Assembly (NCBI GenBank): GCA_029262695.1
Contig: JAJCYV010000027.1
Location: 811-64,810 of the forward strand
DNA: 64,000 nt
Source: Chloroflexota bacterium
GTDB taxonomy: Bacteria > Chloroflexota > Dehalococcoidia > SM23-28-2 > RBG-16-64-32
Reading direction: 5' to 3'
The position numbers were made by a program, and so were the translations under genes. Under the pieces are notes generated by a model. It searched no databases, was not told where the DNA came from, and worked only from the letters and a program-made list of their open reading frames with translations. This document shows positions 56,750 through 64,000 of this stretch, piece after piece (position 1 is the stretch's first letter; each line of letters begins with the position of its first letter).

Positions 56750-58978
56750 ATGTCCGCCCCGACGAAGAAATCGATCCTGGAGAAGCTGAACCCACGCCAG
56801 CAAGAGGCCGTAGAGCACACTGAGGGCCCGCTGCTGATCCTGGCGGGGCCCGGCTCCGGTAAGACGCGCGTAATCGCGCACCGCATCGCCTACCTCGTGC
56901 GCGAGAGGCGGGTGCACCCGCGGCGGATTCTGGCGGTAACGTTCACGAACAAGGCGGCGCGAGAGATGCGTGACCGCGTCCACGCGCTTGTGGGCGAGGA
57001 GGCGGGGCGTGACATAACGCTCGGCACCTTTCACGGCGTCTGCGCGCGCATCCTCCGTGTCGACGGCGAGGCGATTGGTGTTGAGCGCTCGTTCACGATC
57101 TACGACAGCACGGACCAGATCGCGGCCGTGAAGCGCGCGCTTAACGACATGGGCCTGGACTCCAAACGGGTGGCGCCGCGTGCTGTGTTGTCGGCGATCT
57201 CGAGGGCGAAGAGCGAGCTGCAGGGACCGCGCCAGTTCGCGGCACTCGTGGCTGACTACTTCCAGGAGGTGACGTCGCGCGTCTACCTGCGCTACCAGGA
57301 GCTGCTTGAGGAGAGCAACGCGCTGGACTTCGACGATATCCTGCTGAAGGTGGTGCAGCTGTACCAGGAGCATGAGGACGTGCTGGAGAAGTACGCGGAG
57401 CGCTGGGGCTACGTGCACATAGACGAGTTCCAGGACACGAACATCGCGCAGTACATCCTCGCCAGGCAGTGGGCCTCCGTGCACGGTAACATCTGTGTCG
57501 TCGGCGACCCCGACCAGTCGATCTACACCTGGCGCGCGGCCGATATCCGCAACATCCTGAACTTCGAGAGCGACTTTCCGGACGCGAAAGTCGTGATCCT
57601 CGACCAGAACTATCGCTCGACGCAGACGATCCTCGACACGGCGCACTCGGTAATCGCGCTCAACAAGCAGCGCAAGGAGAAGAACCTCTGGACGGAGAAC
57701 GCGGCCGGGTCTCCGGTCGTCGTCCACGAAGCCTACGACCACGAGGACGAGGCGAAGTTCGTGACGGAGGAGATACAGCGCCTCGTTCGTGAAGACGAGG
57801 TTGCGCACCGCGACATCGCCGTCATGTACCGTACGAACGCGCAGTCGCGGCCGATGGAAGAGGCGCTGGTGCGGCGGAGCATTCCTTACCGGCTGATAGG
57901 CGGGACACGATTCTATGAGCGCCGCGAGGTGAAGGACCTGTTGGCCTACCTTCGCCTCATCCAGAACCCGTTCGACGCCGTGGCGATGATGCGCGTGATT
58001 AACAAGCCGTCCCGCGGCATCGGCGACCGGACGCTCGCCGAGCTGTCCCGCTGGTCCCGCGAGAAGGAGATCCCGCCGTACGCGGCGCTTCAGGTCGTCG
58101 CGGAGACGGAGCGGGACACGCCTGACGCCGTGGACGGCCCGGCCAGTGCGCACCCGTTCCGGCAGCGGACGGCTGGTGCGCTGTTGCGGTTCCTGGGCCT
58201 CTTGAACGAGTTGATTGAGCTTTCGAAGACGGAGTCGCTGTCGGCGCTGCTGGACACGGTGATCGACAGGACGGACTACAAGCCGTTCATCATGGCTGAA
58301 GAGGACGGCGAAGACCGCTGGGAGAATGTGCAGGAGCTGCGTGCGGTCGTAATGCAGTATGACGAGCTGAAGGCGGAGCACGCTCTGGCGTCCTTCCTGG
58401 AGGACGTGGCGCTGATCACGGACGTCGACGAGATGGATGCTTCGGACTCCGTCACTCTGATCACGCTGCATGCGGCGAAAGGGTTGGAGTTTCCGATCGT
58501 CTTCATTACCGGGCTGGAGGAGGGGATCCTGCCGCACATGCGGTCGCTGGAGAGTGGGAACCCGGAGCAGCTGGAGGAAGAGCGGCGCCTTTGCTACGTC
58601 GGCATGACGCGTGCCAAGCGGCAACTCTACCTGGCGCGGGCGTTTCGGCGGGCGTTCGGTGGTCATAATCCGCCGTCGCGCTTCCTCGCCGACATTCCGC
58701 CGGACCTGGTGACGCAGAGCAAGCGGGCGGCGCAGGCCGAGATGTTCACACCCCGGCGCTATCGCCACGTCGAGGGTGCGGATGCGGAGCGGCCAGCGAT
58801 TCCCGCGGACTCTTTCGCGGCGGGCGACCGGGTACGTCACCCGAAGTTTGGCGAGGGCATCGTCGTGTCGTCGGAGCCATCGGGGACGGACTACCAGGTG
58901 GTGGTGGCGTTCACGGGCGAGGCGGGCATCAAGAAGCTGCTCCTCAGCTTTGCGCCGCTCGAAAAAGTTGGGGCGTAG
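56750..58978 (+). CDS. pcrA: ATP-dependent DNA helicase PcrA/UvrD
   Basis: AGPGSGKT, TFTNKAA, DEFQDTN, GDPDQSIY, QNYRS, HAAKGLEF, EERRLCYVG and C-terminal Tudor-like HPKFGEG. Confidence 0.97.
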   Translation: MSAPTKKSILEKLNPRQQEAVEHTEGPLLILAGPGSGKTRVIAHRIAYLVRERRVHPRRILAVTFTNKAAREMRDRVHALVGEEAGRDITLGTFHGVCARILRVDGEAIGVERSFTIYDSTDQIAAVKRALNDMGLDSKRVAPRAVLSAISRAKSELQGPRQFAALVADYFQEVTSRVYLRYQELLEESNALDFDDILLKVVQLYQEHEDVLEKYAERWGYVHIDEFQDTNIAQYILARQWASVHGNICVVGDPDQSIYTWRAADIRNILNFESDFPDAKVVILDQNYRSTQTILDTAHSVIALNKQRKEKNLWTENAAGSPVVVHEAYDHEDEAKFVTEEIQRLVREDEVAHRDIAVMYRTNAQSRPMEEALVRRSIPYRLIGGTRFYERREVKDLLAYLRLIQNPFDAVAMMRVINKPSRGIGDRTLAELSRWSREKEIPPYAALQVVAETERDTPDAVDGPASAHPFRQRTAGALLRFLGLLNELIELSKTESLSALLDTVIDRTDYKPFIMAEEDGEDRWENVQELRAVVMQYDELKAEHALASFLEDVALITDVDEMDASDSVTLITLHAAKGLEFPIVFITGLEEGILPHMRSLESGNPEQLEEERRLCYVGMTRAKRQLYLARAFRRAFGGHNPPSRFLADIPPDLVTQSKRAAQAEMFTPRRYRHVEGADAERPAIPADSFAAGDRVRHPKFGEGIVVSSEPSGTDYQVVVAFTGEAGIKKLLLSFAPLEKVGA

Positions 58979-59397
58979 TGGAGATACGGCGGGCACGGGC
59001 CGCCGACGCTGATGCTGTCTTCGCGATGCTGCAGCGATTCGCGATGAGCTACGAGCCTGACCGCGATGCCTTCGCGCCCTCGTTCGCGGCGATGGTGGAC
59101 TCTCAGGATGTGGCGCTGCTCGTGGCGGACGACGGCGGGACGCTCGGTGGGTACGTGATGGCGGTGGAGTTCGGGACACTCTTCGCCAACGGCCGCGTGG
59201 TGCAGATCGAGGAGCTTTTCGTGGAGGAGGCGAGGCGTAGCGCCGGCAAGGGCCGCGCACTGATCGAAGCGGTCGCCGAGTGGGCACGCACACGCGGTGC
59301 GGTTGAGGTGACGGTGCCGACGCGGCGAGCGGGTGCCTACTACGAGCGTCTGGGCTTCGAACGCACGGCGGAGTACTACCACGTCCGTCTGTCGTAG
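58978..59397 (+). CDS. GNAT family N-acetyltransferase
   Basis: IEELFV..ARRSAGKGRALI and YYERLGF. Confidence 0.85.
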   Translation: MEIRRARAADADAVFAMLQRFAMSYEPDRDAFAPSFAAMVDSQDVALLVADDGGTLGGYVMAVEFGTLFANGRVVQIEELFVEEARRSAGKGRALIEAVAEWARTRGAVEVTVPTRRAGAYYERLGFERTAEYYHVRLS

Positions 59398-59450
59398 AAG
59401 GTGACCGCGCGGTCGCTTACAATAGCGGCACAATACATCGGAGGGAATCT

Positions 59451-60632
59451 ATGACTACCGCAACGGAGATCCACGGCCTCTGCAAGCCTGGCTATGAACG
59501 CGTCCGCGAGGCCTTCGCCCGAAATTTCGAGGAGCACGGCGAGGTTGGCGCGGCGCTCTCGCTCGTCGTCGACAGCGAGACCGTGGTCGATCTCTGGGGT
59601 GGCCACGCCGACGGCGCCCTCACACGCCCGTGGGAGGAAGACACGATAGTCAACACCTTCTCGACGACGAAGGGCGTTACGACGGTCTGCGCGCTGCGGT
59701 TGATCGAGCAAGGGAAGCTGGACGTGGATGCGCCTGTGGCGACGTACTGGCCGGAGTTCGCGGCCGGTGGGAAAGAGGACATCACGGTTCGCCAGTTGAT
59801 CAGCCACCGCGCCGGTCTTCCCGGCATAGACGCTATGCTCCCGGTGGAGAAGGCCTACGAATGGGAGCCGCTGTCGGAGGCGCTGGCCGTGCAGAAGCCG
59901 CACTGGGAACCGGGCTCGAAGTTTGGCTACCACGCGATCACGTTCGGGGCGCTGGTTGGCGAGGTGATCCGCCGCATCAGCGGTAAGAGCGTCGGCACGT
60001 TCTGGCGCGAAGAGATCGCCGAGCCGTTTGGCATCGACTTCCACCTTGGCTTCGGTGAGGAGCTGGACGACCGCTGCGCGACGATGATTCCGGCGCCGCT
60101 GCCGGACCTCTCGGAGGTTGACCACCCGCTGGCAAAGGCGATGCTCGACCCGACGTCGCTGACGTTCAAGGCGTTCATGATCACGCCGCTGATGATGGTC
60201 AACCCGCTCTATATGAACTCGCGAGAGTGGCGTGCCGCCGAGGTGCCGGCAGCGAACGGCCACGGATCGGCTCGCGCCCTGGCGCGTCTCTACGGCGCGC
60301 TGGCCACGGGCGGAACGCTGGACGGCGCGTCGGTGCTCAAGCAGGAGACGATCGAGTTGGCGACGCAGACGCAGTCGCAGGGTGAGGACGCGATCCTGCT
60401 CTTCCCGATGCGGTTCGGGCTCGGCTTCCTGCTGGACATTCCGGAGTTCCAGATCAGCCCCAACGGTACGGTCTTCGGGCATGCCGGGATGGGCGGCTCG
60501 TTTGGCTTCGCCGATCCGGAAGCGAAGTACGGCGTGGGCTACGTGATGAACAAGATGATGCTGCCGGACCCCGAGAACCGGGAGGACCCGCGCTGGCGCG
60601 GGATGTTCGACGCGATCTACGAGTCCGTCTAG
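59451..60632 (+). CDS. Serine hydrolase, beta-lactamase family (family VIII esterase-like)
   Basis: SxxK (STTK), LISHRAG, GYHA and FGHAGMGGS. Confidence 0.9.
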   Translation: MTTATEIHGLCKPGYERVREAFARNFEEHGEVGAALSLVVDSETVVDLWGGHADGALTRPWEEDTIVNTFSTTKGVTTVCALRLIEQGKLDVDAPVATYWPEFAAGGKEDITVRQLISHRAGLPGIDAMLPVEKAYEWEPLSEALAVQKPHWEPGSKFGYHAITFGALVGEVIRRISGKSVGTFWREEIAEPFGIDFHLGFGEELDDRCATMIPAPLPDLSEVDHPLAKAMLDPTSLTFKAFMITPLMMVNPLYMNSREWRAAEVPAANGHGSARALARLYGALATGGTLDGASVLKQETIELATQTQSQGEDAILLFPMRFGLGFLLDIPEFQISPNGTVFGHAGMGGSFGFADPEAKYGVGYVMNKMMLPDPENREDPRWRGMFDAIYESV

Positions 60633-60742
60633 GCGGGCTTCCGCGCGCGGAGGTTGAACCCGCCCTCTTTCCTGATGTTGATCGTAGCGTCCGTGAACCC
60701 GGCCGCCTCCAGGCGTGGCTGAAGCGTCTCCGGACCGATGCC
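60629..60742 (-). pseudogene. Possible 3' remnant of a class I SAM-dependent methyltransferase gene
   Basis: Reads GIGPETLQPRLEAAGFTDATINIRKEGGFNLRARKPA*; its stop overlaps the esterase stop (CTAG); no start codon seen. Confidence 0.45.
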
Positions 60743-60801
60743 GGATTTGCCTCGCGCCCTCCGATTCCCTAGCCTTTAGGTCAGTCGAAAGGAGATGACT
60801 C

Positions 60802-61824
60802 TTGCGCTTCCTCTTGCAGGCTGACGTACCCAGCGAATCAACGACAGACAAGATCGAAGACTGGGCACTCGACCACGGTCTGACGATTGGCGGGATCGCG
60901 ATATTCGTGGTCATTGCGATAATCGCGATCAACATCATCGTGCCGCGGCTCGTGCGGGTGACCACGCAGACGCGGCTCGCCGGAAAGCCGCAGGAGGAGA
61001 TCGAGCAGCGGGCGGAGACGCTGACCCACGTCTTCACCCGGACCGGCGCGACGCTGCTCATTGTGCTCGGGTTCTTCACGGTTCTGCCGGAGCTGGGCGT
61101 GAACATCGGCCCGCTCCTCGCCGGCGTCGGCATCGCCGGTATCGCGGTCGGCTTCGGTGCGCAGAGCCTCGTCAAGGACATCATCTCCGGTATGTTCATC
61201 CTCATCGACAACCAGTACGGCAAGGGCGACGTGGTGGAGATCGCGGACAAGACTGGCGTTGTGCAGGACATCGGCCTGCGGCGGACGGTGCTGCGCGACC
61301 TGGATGGGATTGTGCACTACGTTCCCAACGGCGAGATCGTCGTTTCGAGCAACATGACGCAGGAGTACTCACGCGTGAACCTCAACGTCTCGGTGTCGTA
61401 CTCGGAGGACCTGGATCGCGTGATGGCTGTGATCAACCAGGTCGGCGAAGAGCTGGCGGCGGACGACGACTGGAAGGCCGTGATCCTTTCGCCGCCGAGG
61501 TCGCTGCGCGTCGATTCGTTCGGCGACTCGGGCATCGATATCAAGATCCTGGGCGACGTGCAGCCGATCCGGCAGTGGGAAGTGATGGGCGAGCTGCGGC
61601 GGCGGCTGAAGCGGCGCTTCGACGAGGAGGGCATCGAGATCCCCTTCCCGCACCGGGTCATGGTTCACGAGGCGAAAGCGGCCGGGCTGCCAGCCGAGGT
61701 CCGGCTGGCGCGGGGCGACGATCTGTCCCCGCTGAAGGACATGGACCCCGGCCCGAGCGAGGACGTGCTGCGCCGCTTGCCGAGCGAGGCAAGCGAGGGC
61801 GGGCAGGGCGAAGGCGGCGAGTAG
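60802..61824 (+). CDS. Small-conductance mechanosensitive channel family protein
   Basis: AGIAVGFGAQSLVKD, VPNG and GIEIPFP; RBS AAAGGAG. Confidence 0.92.
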   Translation: MRFLLQADVPSESTTDKIEDWALDHGLTIGGIAIFVVIAIIAINIIVPRLVRVTTQTRLAGKPQEEIEQRAETLTHVFTRTGATLLIVLGFFTVLPELGVNIGPLLAGVGIAGIAVGFGAQSLVKDIISGMFILIDNQYGKGDVVEIADKTGVVQDIGLRRTVLRDLDGIVHYVPNGEIVVSSNMTQEYSRVNLNVSVSYSEDLDRVMAVINQVGEELAADDDWKAVILSPPRSLRVDSFGDSGIDIKILGDVQPIRQWEVMGELRRRLKRRFDEEGIEIPFPHRVMVHEAKAAGLPAEVRLARGDDLSPLKDMDPGPSEDVLRRLPSEASEGGQGEGGE

Positions 61825-61836
61825 ACCGCCGCGCCA

Positions 61837-63297
61837 CTACCCCTTGACGACGCCGATCGGTCGCATGCGGCAGACTTTGTCCGCGATTCCGGCCTCGTGC
61901 AGCACGTCGATGACGAGCGCCACGTCCTTGTACGCTTCACTGGCCTCTTCGGCGAGCAGCCTGGGGTTCTGCACGCGGACGTAGATGCCTTGATCGGCCA
62001 TCCGCTGTGCGACGTCGACGCCCTTGAGCAGGCGCCGCGCCTGATTGCGGCCGCGGACGCGCCCCGCGCCGTGGCAGCTTGAGCCCCACGTCTCGGCCAT
62101 CGCCTGCTTCGTCCCGGCGGCGATGTACGAGTAGCGCGCCATGTCACCCGGCACCAGAACCGGCTGACCGATCTTCTGGTACCTGGCCGGGATGTCGTGA
62201 TGGCCCGGCGCGAACGCCCGCGTGGCGCCCTTGCGGTGGACGCAGAGATTCATCTCATGCCCGTTCACCTGGTGGCGCTCCATCTTTGCGATGTTGTGCG
62301 CGACGTCGTAGACGAGGTGCATCCCCATGTCTTCACGCGCCCGGCGACCAAGGACACGCTCGAAGATTTCGCGTGTCCAGTGCGTGATGAGCTGGCGGTT
62401 GGCGAACGCGAAGTTAGCGGCCGCGGTCATCGCCGCGAAGTAGTCGCGGCCTTCATCGGACGAAATCGGCGCACACGCCAGCTGCTTGTCCGGCAGTTCT
62501 ATGTCGTAGCGGGCGGCTGCGACTTCCATGACGTCGAGGTAGTCCTGGCAGACCTGGTGGCCGAGGCCGCGCGAGCCGCAGTGGATGAAGACGATTACCT
62601 GGCCGGGGCCGGTGACGCCCATCGCCGCTGCGGCTTCGGGCCAGTAGACTTCGTCGATGACCTGCACTTCAAGGAAGTGGTTCCCCGACCCGAGCGTCCC
62701 CAGCTGCGGGCTGCCGCGGCTCTTCGCCTTGTCGCTCACCTTGTTGGGGTCGGCGCCGCTCAGGGCGCCGCGGCTCTCGATCGACTCGATGTCTTCCGGC
62801 CAGGCGTATCCCTGATCGAGGGCCCACTGCGCGCCCCGCCTCAGCACGTCGTCGAGATCTGCGCGCCCGGCGCGCACGAGGCCGTGGCCCCCGACTCCGG
62901 CAGGGATGTCGCGGAAGATCTGGTCCAGTAGCTCCTTGACGTGCGGCCGCACTTCTTCCTCAGTGAGGTCGGTGCGGAGGACACGAGTGCCACAGTTGAT
63001 GTCGAAACCGACGCCTCCGGGCGAGATCACACCACCGTCCTCGCGCATCGCTGCTACGCCGCCGATGGGGAAGCCGTATCCCCAGTGGATGTCGGGCATC
63101 GCCAGCGAGTAGCGGACGATGCCGGGAAGGAAGGCGACGTTAGCGACTTGCTCGATCGCCTCGTCCTGCCCGATCACGTCCAGCAGCTCCTCGGAGGCGA
63201 AGATGAGACCAGGAACGCGCATGCCCTGCCTGTACTCCTGTGGCAAGAGCCAGCGCTGGTCATCGACCTTTTCGAGAGTGCGCTTCCAGTCCGTCAT
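61837..63297 (-). CDS. rtcB: RNA 2',3'-cyclic phosphate/5'-OH ligase, archaeal/eukaryote-like RtcB
   Basis: MPDIHWGYGFPIGG, DINCG, GSGNHF, HCGSRG, AHN, HRKGAT and CHGAGR. Confidence 0.96.
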   Translation of the reverse strand: MTDWKRTLEKVDDQRWLLPQEYRQGMRVPGLIFASEELLDVIGQDEAIEQVANVAFLPGIVRYSLAMPDIHWGYGFPIGGVAAMREDGGVISPGGVGFDINCGTRVLRTDLTEEEVRPHVKELLDQIFRDIPAGVGGHGLVRAGRADLDDVLRRGAQWALDQGYAWPEDIESIESRGALSGADPNKVSDKAKSRGSPQLGTLGSGNHFLEVQVIDEVYWPEAAAAMGVTGPGQVIVFIHCGSRGLGHQVCQDYLDVMEVAAARYDIELPDKQLACAPISSDEGRDYFAAMTAAANFAFANRQLITHWTREIFERVLGRRAREDMGMHLVYDVAHNIAKMERHQVNGHEMNLCVHRKGATRAFAPGHHDIPARYQKIGQPVLVPGDMARYSYIAAGTKQAMAETWGSSCHGAGRVRGRNQARRLLKGVDVAQRMADQGIYVRVQNPRLLAEEASEAYKDVALVIDVLHEAGIADKVCRMRPIGVVKG

Positions 63298-63303
63298 ATC
63301 TCC

Positions 63304-63726
63304 TCAAATGTCAAAGAGTACCGTCGCACGGTAGCCGTCCTCCTCGTGGGACAGGTCAAGCATGTGCCGGGTGACGGCCTTCACGCCAAGGCGCAGTTCG
63401 TGACGCTCCCGGTTGATCGGCTCGCCGAACGCGGTAGCGGTGATGTGCTGCTCGTCAATGCGGGAGACGTCGAAGCGCCCGAACAGGAGCTCCTCGGCGT
63501 CGACGTAGAACAGTAGCTCGGCCAGCCAGGCGACGACGAGTCCTTCAACGTCGCGCGCTTCGACGGTGATCTCGCGGCGCACGTCGTTGCGGACGGTCTC
63601 CGGGGCGACCATGAGCGAGAACATACCGGCCGCGGCGTTCTGGAACAGCTCGGCGAGCGTTGCGCCGTGGGCCACGATCCCGGCGTCGGCGGTGTGCTCG
63701 ATCAGTTCGAAGGGAGGTTGTGGCGT
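63304..63726 (-). CDS. Archease (RtcB activator); probable non-canonical ACG start, alternative GTG at 63768
   Basis: FELIEHTAD, VKAVT and C-terminal FDI; SD AAAGGAG sits 8 nt before ACG at 63726. Confidence 0.9.
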   Translation of the reverse strand, partial: TPQPPFELIEHTADAGIVAHGATLAELFQNAAAGMFSLMVAPETVRNDVRREITVEARDVEGLVVAWLAELLFYVDAEELLFGRFDVSRIDEQHITATAFGEPINRERHELRLGVKAVTRHMLDLSHEEDGYRATVLFDI

Positions 63727-63734
63727 GGCGTGTA

Positions 63735-63753
63735 CTCCTTTGTGGCGATTATA
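63735..63753 (-). promoter_or_regulatory. -10 box TATAAT and Shine-Dalgarno of the archease-rtcB operon
   Basis: Minus strand TATAAT (63753-63748) then AAAGGAG (63741-63735). Confidence 0.6.
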
Positions 63754-64000
63754 GACCGCTGGAGTCACGGCAACTGAAACGAATGTTGGGTGAAAGGTGT
63801 TGTAACAGTTGGATGACCGAGCCGTCCTAACATGTAGAGACCGGAATCTGTAAACTGTAATTCGACAGCGATGAGTAAAACGCCAAATCTCTTTACTAAT
63901 TCGGTTAACCTTTCCGAAATCAGTGGCGTTGTACTCAGCAAGGATCTGACAATTCGAGGGGCGACCTCCTTCTGGTCCGTCTGAAATAAGGCGGACACAA

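Noticed and set aside
63765-63998. 77-aa ORF upstream of archease
   Set aside because: Atypical codon usage, no motif, and it runs through the likely promoter region

Overview
High-GC bacterial chromosomal window. The gene repertoire (Cys-bearing dockerin-like secreted proteins, luciferase-like monooxygenase, PAC2 protein, double zinc-ribbon membrane protein) suggests Chloroflexota/Dehalococcoidia; this is inference. Most of it is housekeeping and metabolism: pckA, prmC-prfA, hisS, relA, an Aap-type amino-acid ABC operon, PPi-PFK plus class I aldolase, a branched-chain 2-oxoacid dehydrogenase operon with lipB, OppABC, ald, rlmD-maf, pcrA, mscS and archease-rtcB, plus three tRNA genes (Ile2/Met-CAT, Gly-GCC, Phe-GAA). 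The most notable signals are missing from the ORF track. (1) Two tRNA-Gly 3'-half copies share a 23-nt palindromic insertion in the T-loop and bracket the pfp-aldolase cassette. (2) An unlisted 52-aa microprotein built of six xRRxxx hexapeptides lies near a diguanylate cyclase. (3) A 1.25-kb integrase-less islet at tRNA-Phe has arm-type repeats and one TPR gene. (4) A CoA-transferase has an in-frame TAG at a conserved Lys. (5) The archease probably starts at ACG. (6) There are two kinds of REP/REPIN elements, two perfect CRP boxes and many apparently leaderless genes. No CRISPR array, rRNA, integrase or transposase was seen. All coordinates and counts were done by eye and no databases were searched.
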